Part shown: positions 12,832-25,167 of the stretch, in pieces
Position numbering within the stretch: position 1 is the first letter of the stretch
How the letters are laid out: every line of letters starts with the position of its first letter
From: Oopsacas minuta
Lineage: Eukaryota; Animalia; Porifera
DNA: 64,000 nucleotides
Assembly (NCBI GenBank): GCA_024704765.1
Contig: JAKMXF010000155.1
Span: 518,380 to 582,379 of the forward strand
Direction of reading: 5' to 3'
Translations under genes and position numbers: made by a program
Notes under the pieces: model-generated
What the model saw: only the letters and a program-made list of their open reading frames with translations
Told to the model about the DNA's origin: nothing
Databases searched by the model: none

Positions 12832-15458
12832 CACTACGTAACAAATTTTTATGAAATCTTTGTTTGGCTTGATATTTTGATTGTTTATGGATAATTTTGA
12901 GGCGCTGATTCCGAAAATACAATTAGTTTTTTTCTATCATCGATCGTTAGCTTTCAGGAAGCCTATTTATATGAGCAGGTTACACGCTTAGCCAACCCAG
13001 CAAAAACGTACGTCATAATCAAAATCTTTTGTGCTATAACAATAAAGATAACAAACATTTTGCACTCCCTTCACTGTCTCTTGTCTTTTTAAGCTCTGGG
13101 AGACACCTAAAGTGTCTGCGAATGCACAGCTTAAACAGCATCAGAATTCCAGGCTGGGGTAGGATTGCAAAACTTAGAAATTTCGTTCTTGCGTATAGTT
13201 TATTTGCTATCCAGTACCTTCACTTGGAAAGTATTTACTTATATTAATACTATAAGCTACCAGCAGCTAGTATAAGCATAAGTATAACTGCCTTTAGCAG
13301 AGAGGCAGAAATAACTTGCTGGTTGTTCTTACGTTAAGTTAGTGTTTTTTAAATTTAGAAATTGCAATGGCTAGTAGACAATGCAAGAATTCACCTGACT
13401 CATTTTGCTATGTTTGTGGATATTATGTTGGTGACAAACATGTTTCAAATAAAATATCAAAAGAAGCTAAGTATTGGGAAGCGTATAGACTGTATTTTGG
13501 GATGTCCATTGGGGATCAGGAAAAGGCCTGGGCCCCACATGTGATTTGTGGCAGCTGTCGATCTAATCTTGAAGCTTGGTTGAGGGGTTCCGCTAGAGTT
13601 ATGCCATTTGCTATTCCAAGAGTTTGGAGAGAGCCACAAAACCATCATGATGATTGTTACTTTTGTATGGTAAATATTGCTAAGTACCGCAAGGTTAAGG
13701 GAAGAAGAGCACTGACTTATCCAAGTATACCATCATCCATTGCACCTGTTCCTCATAGTGAAACTTTACCAGTTCCAAAACCACCAGCAAATGTAAGTAG
13801 TTTTATGTTTTATAATATAAGGCTACGCTAGCTTATATGCTGTAAGGGTGACCCACAATCTGCATCTTGTGTTTTATTCTTGTCATTTTAGTTGGAGTTT
13901 AATACTGAATGTGAAGACTCGATATCAAGTGAAACTTCGGATGCTGAGGAGGAGTATCTCCAATCAACAAGTGCAGATCGTCATTATCCTTCTAAGAGAG
14001 AATTAGATGACTTAATACGAGATCTGCAATTAACAAAATCTGCAGCAGAGCTATTGACGTCAAGATTAAGCGAGTGGAATTTGCTGCGTGATGATTGCAA
14101 AATAACTGCTTACAGGAAGAGGCACTTGGACTATTCTGTTTACTTTGATGTAATACAGGATCTGTGCTATTGCAAAGATGTGAATGGTTTGTTTGATGCT
14201 GTTGGAATTGAACATGACCCTTCTCAGTGGCGACATTTATTGACAGTTCCACCAAAAGTCTTAAAGGAGTTTTACTTCATAATGGGAACAAATATCCGTC
14301 AATTCCACTTGCTTATTCAATACAAATGAAAGAAGACTATGAAAATGTCAAGCAACTACTGCTTAAAATAAACTATGCTGAATTTAACTGGCAGCTCTGT
14401 GGTGATTTTAAGATGTTGGGGTTTTTGTTGGGACTGCAGGGTGGTTACACCAAATACTCATGTTTTCTTTGTTTGTGGAACAGCAGAGCTGATGGAGAGC
14501 ACTACTCGAAGATTCAATGGCCGCCAAGAAAAGAATTAATGCCAGGAAAGTACAATGTCATCAAAGAGCCACTTGTATGCCGGGAAAAAGTTTTACTACC
14601 ACCTCTTCATATAAAACTAGGTTTAGTAAAGCAATTTGTTAAAGCTTTGGATTTTGAAGGAGAAGCTTTTCAAGAAATCCGTGCAATGTTTCCAAAATTA
14701 TCAGATGCTAAACTAAAGGGAGGAATATTTGTTGGCCCCCATATAACCACCATGTTAAAGTCAAGAACCCTGGAGGGTAAAATGACCGAAACAGAAAGAA
14801 AAGCATGGCAGGCATTTCGTGATGTAGTTAATGGCTTTTTAGGAAATAACAAAGATCCTAATTATGAAGAGATAGTGAATACTCTGATCACAAGCTACCA
14901 AAAGATGGGATGTCGCATGTCGTTGAAACTTCATTTTCTATGCTCTCATCTTGACTTCTTTCAAGAAAATTTTGGGGATTTCAGCGAGGAACATGGCGAG
15001 AGATTTCACCAAGATATTCAGCTAATGGAAAGACGGTATCAGGGCCGCTGGGACAGTGCAATGATGGGCGATTACATGTTGTTTTTGATAAGGGAAGACA
15101 TTTCTGGTCACAAAAGAAAAGCTCGTTCAACAGTTCATTTTTGAAGTATTTTAACTCTCTAACATGAGTGCGTTTTGTTTTCTTTAGGACTTGTAATCAG
15201 CAATGTACTGTTTGGTAATGATTTTCATGTTCAAATTAACTTATTAACACATCACTACGTGTTTAAATCTATTACAAGAGCTATAGGTAAATTTGCATAT
15301 AATGAACAACACAACTTGTTCGGAAAAAGCAAAAAGTGTAAATACGTCAAAAAGCATAGATGATATGGAAAAACTAACACGATTTTTGAATTCAGCGACG
15401 TAAAAAACATAAGGGAACATCAAAAATTGAAGCCAAACAAAAATTGTGTTACGTAGTG
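12832..15458 (+). mobile_element. Chapaev3 (CMC) DNA transposon, family B, full length (2627 bp)
   Basis: Perfect 12-bp terminal TIR CACTACGTAACA extending into a ~110-bp imperfect inverted repeat. 3-bp TTA TSD at 12829-12831 and 15459-15461; TWA TSDs and CAC ends are established Chapaev3 features. Confidence 0.9.
13367..15144 (+). pseudogene. Chapaev3 transposase, two exons (13367-13792, 13892-15144), one 1-bp frameshift near 14234
   Basis: 99-nt phase-0 intron gtaagt...ttttag at 13793-13891. N-terminal Cys/His zinc region. Catalytic-region motifs FIDSS, CGDFK, SCFLC (C2C), LPPLHIKLG (LH), KLHFLCSH (H4H) and SEEHGERFHQDI. About 559 aa if one base is restored (WR[L]FIDSS). Confidence 0.9.
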
Positions 15459-17009
15459 TTATTCATGATGAATTTTGCTTTAGAGTGTTCCAAAGTTGGA
15501 CATTTTTACGACATGTCAACATATTAGGCGATCAAATTACGTCTTTTGGACCAGAAAATATTTTCTGTCATGTGTTATGTGTGATTTAGCACATCATTTT
15601 TGTAAAACTTGATGAAGCTTCAGTTTATTTCTTAATATACTTAGTTATTTTATAGGAAATCAACTATGATGTAATTCTTATTTATCGCTGGCCCAGAAAG
15701 AAATTGTAGTTTTGATTCCTGATCTGATAATCCTAGAGTTGGAACAACCATGAAATAGGACCCATTTATCCTCAATATCCAAAAATCAGTAATATTATCA
15801 ATTGTGCAGCGTATTATTCCAATGTCTATTCCTCTTCGGGTTTGATTATATTGAATAATCAGAAACTTACTTAACAGTCCTACTATTGTCCACATCACGA
15901 CAAGAATCTTTAATTATTACACGTACAAATGCAGCAGACCAGGTCCTTTCGCTAATTTCCTTTAAACTTGTTATTCACCGACAAGGATCCACCACCAAAC
16001 TACTCAATTCCAAGTTTTCATATGTCTAGACATGATCGAACTACGTTTATCATCAAAAATGGACGAAACTGAACAAAAAGCACTAAAAGCTGTCACAATT
16101 ACAAAATTATATTGTGGTACTACTAAACTTTCATGGATTTCATTGAAATAGTGCATGAGCTAAATATGAATTGTGACAAGCAGGAACATGTTCTGTCAAT
16201 AGCCTCATTATATTAATCCAGTAACATTACCAGAAATATGATATGTCATCCTCACAACTGATATCTTCCAGCTTGTACCATATGCCAAATAATATTACGT
16301 GCTTTGTACAATATACAGTATTATAAACTACATACATATCATTTACGACAAACGGAACTGTGAATTCATGGGGTTTGTAATTATGTATTAATAATCTTAA
16401 AATAGAGTCAACCCCAAAGTAAGTTTCCTGAATATTAGTAGAAGAATTTTAGCGTCTATTACAGGCTAATTTTGGAGGTGTAAATTTGAATTGTGTTTAT
16501 TATATCTTCGATGTGTTTTTGTCCTGAACTAATTGATGAACTGGTAAGACTTAGAGACTTGAAATTTTGCATGAGTGTGTAATATAAGAATCTAGGGGTA
16601 TGTTCGAAGATGTAAGCGATTTCTCAAAGTCTCCCCGTGAAAAGTCTCAAAATATGTGCACCCCGATAAACTTGAGGATTTACCAATTCTGGTAATATTA
16701 CGCTATCATACGTTAGGCTTTAACCCAGTTCAATTAGGATGCAAAATTTCTCAATAGTTCCAATTGCGCATAATTACCCAATACCAATTTTTCAAAGCTG
16801 TAACCATGTTTGTTAATTGATAATCAGGTAATAATTCACCTATGTAGCTACCATATAGCTGAACATTATTCAGATAGAACTGGGATAAATATGCAGCAAT
16901 GATTATCTTTATCGTGTATGGACTGGCCAAAATATATTCACCTTAATTAATTATCATAACTTCAAGTATAAATATATTTGTTTACTTTATATCCAATGAT
17001 TTTCTTTAG

Positions 17010-17159
17010 GGTATCAGACCAAAAGCTTTGGATCTTGTCAAAGATCAAGATCTATATAGCATCATTGTTAGTTGTACAGAGAGAGATAAGAATGACCGTG
17101 TTACAATTCCTACTTTGCTCAATAATGAATTATTCCAAGAACAAGAAATACATATGGAG
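17010..17159 (+). CDS. WNK: WNK kinase exon B (end of kinase domain)
   Basis: Acceptor tttctttag|, donor |gtctgt, phase 0/0, 50 codons: GIRPKALDLVKDQDLYSIIVSCTERDKNDRVTIPTLLNNELFQEQEIHME. It continues exon A in frame and aligns to WNK GVKPASFDKV...IIEGCI..NK.ER..I.DLL.H.FFQE. Confidence 0.92.
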
Positions 17160-19384
17160 GTCTGTTAATTATTTATCATTCCTTTTCCACAATTTTTCGC
17201 CTGCTTCAGGATGGGCATTCCAAAAGATATCATAAAACGTTTTTGTATTATTTGAATTAAATTTGGTAATCCTCACTTTCCAGGTTAAATATTTGAATTC
17301 CACTATACGTTGTCTTATTAATACAGGCAATTTGGCGTGCATTGGTGTATGCATTAGATATAGTACTTGATGAACATATGAGAATATGTTAGTTGATGTC
17401 ATTTCGAATCAATCGATTAATTTTTTTCCCATCATATATTTTCTAGCCCAACCTATCAAGTTAGATGAATACTGATGGCTTTCAAATAGTTATGGCTGGC
17501 TAGGATATATATTTTTGCAGGCATAAATTCAGCCTTAATGCTGTAAAACAGTTGTACATAGTGTTAAATCTGGAGGAATAGGCATTTCTGTTCTAGATAG
17601 ACCCATTAATTGTATTATGATAGTTTAAACATTAAGCCTGCACAGTTTTTCTATTATTAGTGTAGATCCAGGCCTGTGTCATATTGTGAATTTCCTTTCA
17701 TACTATTTTTCCCGGAAGGGGCAAAATACTATGTAGGAATTTCCCCCATGAACGAATACTACTGGTATTCTTCCCCACTCTCCTAATTTGCACTATTACT
17801 AGTCAAGGTTACTTGGTGCATTCAAAAGTTCGTAACTCTGTACTATAAAATATTTTATATGTTTTCAATTATAATAGTGTCAATGTAATTTTTGAGTTAT
17901 CATTTAGGCACCGTTTATACATTGTTTGTCAAAATTGATCCATTATTACCAAAGTTTCTGCTATTTTATCTTTGGCAGTTTTTTTGCATATGTAATTTGT
18001 CGCTTCCAAAATCATAGAATTATATCCTGAGATATTGTGCCTACATTTAACACTCTATATTTCTCTGTGATATTCAAGATATATTCTCTAGAAATTTGTT
18101 CGAAATCGACAGTCAAGTATTGAATTCATCGATTTGGTGTAGGAAGAGCGTCGACTGAACATTACCTTCGGATAGCACGATTATAATGAATGCCTCGAAC
18201 AATGACACTCAGGCTTCCAATATGATAGATAATATGCATACACTAACCGAGTATAATTATTTCAACACAACTAAATATCGAATTACTAATCCTGTCTATA
18301 CAGCGAATATTTGAATAACCATATGATAATACGTCTGAAAGAACTACAACTGTGTTAGCCTACTTCATCCTCACCAATTCCCTTAATATCCCTATATTTT
18401 GATAATTGCTATATACAGTTGCTTGTTATATGATAATGAGCTAATTACATATTCAATTCCAAATTGCACAAAGTTCAAATGAGATGGAACGATTCTGATA
18501 GCGTATTTGTATTCAACAGGTGCATTACCCCTGTATGAATATTTCAAATTTAGACCATGACTCATTGACTTATTAGTACTCTATTGTTTCGGCCTTTCAA
18601 AAGGGACCACCCAACAAGTACCTAAAAATTTAAGAATCCTGTAGACTTGGTGATTAGTATACTCTATTTGGGTTACCGAATGATGATTTAACTCTATATG
18701 CTCTTTAATGGATATACATATATATGATAGAAAATATAGTTCTTTAATGGTGCCGCCCTCCAGTTAGTTCTTGACCGGAACACTGACGTCACTATGTTGT
18801 GTTTAGGATGATATCCACTTCGCAAATATCTTTGCGTCCATTTTTTCCAGTGAACTATAATACTCCTATAGGCTGTTTCCAACAATAGGCTTTTTCTATC
18901 ATTCAAGAATGTAAATTTTATAGACTGTATATGACACCGGCGCCACCTGTTCGGTTGGTCACGATTTAACCTGACCACTTTTTGTCGCTGTTAGTACTGT
19001 TCTATGGTTAGTAAATTTTTAACTCGTATCTCTATTGTAGGGCTACTACAGTTTACTCGGACCACTTCAAATTCAGTACCGCCGAAGTTGAGATCTTTGT
19101 GGCCACTAAGAAATATACCCCCCTCGAAAGTCATACTTCGATAATTTACTCTGCTCATAATATATTTCATTTTACTTTTCTGCATAGCTCCTAAACTTGG
19201 TGAGACACAAAAGCAATGAAACTCTATGTGTAACTTGAGCGTAATTCCAAATTATATGTGTCATCACCCCATACCTATTAATACTACGCCATAGATTGTA
19301 CCTAATTCAGTTTATGAACAATTCTTATCATTTCTTTTCTGGTAATCCACTATATTTGCTCATAGAGAACATACTCGTGCATCG

Positions 19385-20100
19385 TTGATGAATTTTTGAC
19401 AAAGAACTTTCAGGCCTTACATATTTATCGAGTTTAGGGGGTAAAAGCCCGTCAGAAATTCATGATCAACTTCTTGGAGCAAAGTTCGATGAATCCCCCT
19501 CAAAGCGACTGTGTTTAGATGGTATAAAAGATTTAATGAACAGAGACTTTCGTTAAAGGACGATCCCCGACTGGACCGCCCTCGTTCTTCGACAGACGAC
19601 GTCCATATTCATCTAATTCGTCAATTAATTGAAGCTGAACCTTAACAGTGAGTTCGAATACTGGCTGATGCATTTGAGATTGATAGAGAATTGGTTAGAC
19701 GCATCTTAGTTGAGGTACTGGGGTTGAGAAAGGTCTGCTCTGTCTAGGTCCCACACCTGCTTTCTAAGGCTAACACTGACTCTAGCGTGGTCTGTGCTCA
19801 AGAAATCGTCAGGATGATTGATAAATATTCAATGGCCAAATTTCTAACGTGTTGGGATACTGAGGACGAGAGTTTGGCGTTCTCTAATCCTCATCTAACA
19901 AAGGCAGAGAATAAAGCATGGCTGGCCACTGATCAGAAGGGTCCTCGAGTTGTGCGACCTCAACCAACAAATCGTGAGGCATTAATCAGTTTGGCAGTTA
20001 CTGCCGATTGGAAATTCAGCGTTGCTCTCCTACCCCCCTAAGCCACAATAAATGCAGAGGTTTATATTGACTTTATTCAATCGACTGGAGAAAGATGGGG
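19385..20100 (+). mobile_element. Decayed mariner fragment (N-terminal HTH region to first Asp)
   Basis: Broken frames read KSPSEIH..., DDPRLDRP, LGLRKVCSV*VPHLLS (WVPHEL-like motif) and TEDES. Ends not defined. Confidence 0.7.
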
Positions 20101-21099
20101 TAAATTTCTCAAAAAAATCATGATTCCTAGGTTTCAGACTATGCTGAATTTAATGGTAACATTTTGAAAGCTTATGGTGAAGTCACTGTGCTAAAACTAT
20201 CTTCTTATCTAAATTGTTTGCATTCAATTAATGAAATTGGTCCAATTTTCCTTTGCTGATTTAACCACTGCACAGCTTTAGGTACATTATAAACACATTG
20301 ACCTTATCCATAAAGTCAAGTATCGTGTTTCTCTTCTTGCATGGATACATTTAGTTTATTCAGTCTAGGAAAAAGTATCGACACTGTAGGCAAGTTTAAG
20401 GCTCTGCTCGTCAATGTTAAATGCAATATCAAGTCTAGCTTACTCTTTTGCGAAATAACCTCTTGAATTCCGGCTCGTGATTCAAACATTCGCTTTACAA
20501 AATTACCTCTGGATAGCTAGCGCACTTCTGTATGTAATAAATGGGTATTAGTATAACTACGCTTAATGTGGTTTACCAATGTTATGACCCCAGACATTAA
20601 GTCCAAATCATAGGTGGGAGTGTTTTAGTAGCAAGAGCATGTCAATGTATTTAGAAATTGATTAATTTTACCATAGATTTTTCAAATCTATACATTACCA
20701 TCTGAAACCTTTCAGAGATCAAATATAATGAATTTCTGGTACTATTTTACTACTTTCATCCAACTTTAGTCCTGAAAAGTGCAAATGATGCGACCACACC
20801 AGGTGGTACGCACCACCTTGGCTATGCATCTGATATGGATCTTAGCAAAACTATATTGGATAAATTCATCGAAAACAATCGATTTTCTTTGCGGATGCCA
20901 TTATTTATATGTAAGGATAGGGTATTTTGCAGATTAGGCACCGACTAGCAATGTATATTTATCACTGAAATATCATGTTGTTAAATTAATTATCTTTAAT
21001 GGATATAATTATACTTTGTTTCACAGTAAGTCTTTAACTGCAATTATTATCATTTGTCGACTGGAATCCCCATTTTACAAATAATCTAAGTATCTCTAT

Positions 21100-21400
21100 T
21101 AAGCAGCTCGCGTACACATCTGATGTCTTCGTACGGTACCAAGGACAATATGTTTACGGATTTCTATTCTAACTCAATTACCACTGGCTTGGAATTTTCA
21201 AACTTGTTTACCATTATCTTAAAGATGAAGGTTTGTCCTGTTCCAATTAGATCTCCATCACAACCGATGGAGCACCTGTCATCAGAGAATGATAGTTTCA
21301 CGAACGGACTGGATACATGCATTACGGTTGATCCTCCGTTTTCATCCAGGTGCGCTATGCGGGCCTACATACGTATATTTACGAAAGGTTTGTACAGTTA
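21100..21400 (+). mobile_element. Buster/Charlie-type hAT transposase fragment
   Basis: Mixed frames give QLAYTSDVFVRY, TTGLE(I)FKLV, ISITTDGAP (second catalytic Asp) and a degenerate CxxH region (LRFHPGAL). Confidence 0.65.
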
Positions 21401-24239
21401 TGATCCAAAATTTTGAGAGTTAGGCCCATGTCATGCGCCTAGACTAGGCGCGCTGTATACGCCTACTTTCGACGAATACTGCAATGGGTTACTTACAATC
21501 ATAAAGGTCAATTGAATTGTATTATGGTATATATGAAGAATTCTGTTTAATTCATTATTATTATAAATATTTCAAAAGGTAAACTGTTTATAATTCTAGG
21601 GAGGAGGCTTGAGAAATGATATGTAGTCAGAGTCCTAATACTACTGGTACTCCATAGGAGAAACTTTAATTTGCCAAGAGAGAGAGATAATGAATAAAGA
21701 TATATGTACAATGTTATGTTAACAGTTAATTATTAATGCACAATAAACATATTCTTTTGTGAAAGTCTCTACATGACACCTCTGGACTGTAGTTTAACCG
21801 TAGTATATGTAATAGTTGTATAGTTTGCTTAAAATTTATGTTTGATGCTTCGAAATTTAAATAGTCTAGTCGCGTAAGTGAAATCAAGGACTCATTTATG
21901 CGCGCTACATATATAAGCTGGTAGAAACCTTGGTTAAACTCAAATTGAAAGTCCATTCAGTTCATTCAAGATGCTATTAAATTTCATGTTGAGAAGCCAT
22001 TTATTGTAGTTTTGGTTGATTAAATGAGTGTTTGAACCCAAATATTTCTTTGATAAAATTTCTGCTTCATTTATTTTGGTCGTTCAGTTTGTTGAAACGC
22101 AGTTCAGCAATAGTTGATCGTTTTTTTCAGTTCGTTCATCATCATTCCATTAACTGTCCTGCGTAGGGTTTCATCCAGCTTGTCTCTGCCATAAGCCTAA
22201 AAATGGATTCTATTCATTTCATACGCCTAGACTATACATTTTGCATTATGATATAAGCATTTCTGCTCCTAGGAGAATTTTCATATGCCTAGCGATTTAG
22301 TGTCTAGATTTATACACCTGTGGGCGCGCCATTTATGTCTGTATAACACCCTGGTCCTGCATTCTGTTCTTTTATTTCAAATTCAACAATTTCGTTCGTC
22401 AATCCTTCATTCTCTTGTCTCCAACCTTAGTATCATCTCTATGACTTTGATTTTTGAACATTTAAACAATATAATCCCAGATGTTGACAATACGCATTGA
22501 AACTTAGAATCTATAAGAATTAAAATGTATTTAAGTATTTTACTGGATGATGATATGCATTGCGAATTTTATCAGTGGAAGATCTTCTATTTAGTTAACT
22601 ATGTGTTGATTGCATTGCATATAATAGACATCTTATCTCTTAGTCTAATGTTCGGTTCTAATATCGTTATCTATGTTGAAAGGAGTGTGTAAACTAGTAT
22701 TTGAAATTAGATGAGTTTCTGCAGGAGAATAAGCAAGCGATATTTTGCTTGTTTGAACATCACTTTTCGCTGGCACAGTTATTTTAGTCGCATGTTGTAT
22801 TTAGTTATCTAGATGGAAAAATGCATAAATGCATGTAGGGAATATTCCTGTTATTGACTTGTAGGCTCCAGGTGGAATTCATCAAGATTCAATGTGAAGA
22901 ACCTATTCAAGAAAGATTCAAAGTGTTGTGATGACCATGTTTTGGATAACAATTTATATGAACAACGAATTGTGATCCATGAAGTTCAAAAGATGCTATT
23001 ACCTTTCACCACTAAATACTTATATTAAGCTTGGTGAAAATTAATGAAAGAAATTATCATGATCCCCGACATTACATCCCAATGCACTCTCAGGAACTTA
23101 GGACCTCGCTATCATAAAGTTCGTGATAGTATTTGGAGTCATTGTTCAATTTGAACCATAATCAGAATAACATATCAGATATAATTCTGATATTACTTTA
23201 GTTAACCATTGGTGGCCCAACACTGTAGTTGCAGATTACTTTTGGGTCTTGACAAAAATATGTTGTGAAGAACTAATATAAGCCCTATTGGAACGATAGT
23301 CAAGTCTGATAATGTGTATTGGCCCAAGTTAATTAATTTTGCTGTCCTTTTGACCGAATTTGGCTGGCAAAAAATTTGCAAATTTTAAATAAAAAATGTG
23401 AAAATCATCTACAAATTGGGGGAATTGTGTAAATCGTCTCGATGTTTTGTGGTCAGATTCATTATGAGCGTGAGGCACAGGTTTTAATTGATATTGTGAA
23501 TGTATTTGTATAATACGTCATTCTAGTTCCAGTTAGGCCGCTTTATGGAGACAGTAATGTCATTTTTGAGGTAGTTTCCGCCCAGGGTATCATATTTTCA
23601 AACTGTTATGGTGAAGCCCTCTCCTTTAAATATTCGTTGTGCCCCACATGTACTAATGCAAATATTATCTGCAACATATATCTAAATTGTTGCAAAATAT
23701 CATGGTTTGCTATTTGCTAAAATCGAATTCAATTCGTCAATATTCATGGTAATCTTTAGCAGCAAACCTTTGAAATGTTCAAATTTGATGATTATCAACT
23801 ATTTACATTCAAACTGGGAAAAATAGCTTCAGAACTCCAGTATTTACACCAGTTTGCTTCAACATCTACAAATTTCACAGTATTCACTGTAAAATTATAC
23901 TAATAAGTACGATGATATTTTAACATAACCTTGAGACTCTTTATTCTATTTTATTTTTACTGAAAACTTATATACCCTTCATAAAAAAAACCTGATCTAT
24001 TTTCTTCTCTCATCATTCACCCGTCTATATGTTCTTATTTCCCTTCACCCTTATCTTTATCGTCGATTAATAAATGAAGACTAGAGGTTTAAATAGTGGG
24101 CATTAGAAAATCTGTGCGCCAAAACATATCCTGTTACACATGGCTAGCAGCTGAATGTCTTCTTCTTACCTGTTTTCTACCCCATTTCTAAACCCCTACT
24201 CCAGGAAGCCAAGGAATCTAAGAAGAAGTACTATAGATG

Positions 24240-24900
24240 CAGTATCTCGTTATGATAATCAATAAATTGATCTATAGAATACCCGTTCATTATCATAAAT
24301 GTAGGTTCTCTGTAAAATATGACAACATCCAACTCACTAGACATCCTAATATTTCAGAAACCTGGTTACTAGAAGGAAAGAGCAATCGCTCTTTATGCTC
24401 CATGATCTCCATATTGATTTTCAATTGACTAGTATTCCATATTCTTCACCTCATGGTGGCGCCCTTATGTATTTATCGGAGCTATTTCTTACCCAAATTT
24501 AACTCGAGTCTGGTCTATTCTTCTTAGAATCTTTAGAACCTATTCTATCCTTCGATAAAATTTACTTTTGTTTGTTATCCTTCATCGCCCCCCACCTTCA
24601 AACAAAAATATATCTAGTTTCATTCAGGTTACAAGGACTTCTTGGCTCAAATTGAATGTATCATTACTCATCAAACTAATTGTGTCTGAGCTTGAGTTAA
24701 CACTCATCTTTTAGATCCTCATAAAGTAATCTTTAATTACACTCTTGAAACCTTTGACCACCAACACATAGCTCTGCTAGCACGCTTGATCTCGTTATAT
24801 TACTAAACTGGTAGATAGTTATCAATTATATTTCCTTCAGATCATTCATATTAGTTTTTATCTTCGATTCCTCATCCAAGCTATCGAAACCAAATTAATT
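24240..24900 (+). mobile_element. Decayed L2/CR1-type LINE, apurinic endonuclease domain remnant
   Basis: APE motifs appear in the expected order across frameshifts: DIL.(S)ETWL (~24340-24370), HGGALMYL, LHRPP, PPTHSSASTLDLV (~24760-24795) and PSDH (~24835-24846). Confidence 0.7.
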
Positions 24901-25167
24901 TTACGTAATATTAAAGCTAATTTATGAATATAGTATCATCCAAGAAGTCAAATTATAATTTATTGAGTTGTACTTTAGATTCTCATAATCAAATATGTAA
25001 GAAACTTTTATAATATTCTCAGGGAAATATTGGCTTCTAAAATTGATTTAAGAGAAAATCATGATACCTTCGCTGAAATTGCAGGAATTTCACAATCTCT
25101 CTCCCTAATTACACAGATGGTCTAAAAATGTGATAAAGCTTATGTTATTCTTTTTTAATTTAGATTA

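Noticed and set aside
14180-14240. Second intron or programmed -1 frameshift explaining the Chapaev3-B frame break
   Set aside because: The gt...cag candidate (14180-14227) is 48 nt, does not change frame and would delete conserved residues. No X-XXY-YYZ slippery heptamer is present at the break. A 1-bp deletion is simpler.
15650-16070. PARP-like LFHG motif (minus) or LINE endonuclease-like words (plus)
   Set aside because: Isolated short words in stop-ridden frames, with wrong spacing or order of motifs.
21230-21300. Hammerhead ribozyme on the minus strand (ctgatga followed by a hairpin)
   Set aside because: No GAAA after the stem and no closing stems I/III. Other ctgatga/ctgaaga sites I checked also failed.
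7081-25167. Inversion of the segment between the two inverted Chapaev3-A copies
   Set aside because: WNK exon B inside the segment is on the same strand and in frame with exons A and C, and the flanking triplets do not show the swapped-TSD pattern (would need TAA and TCA; observed AAA and TTA).
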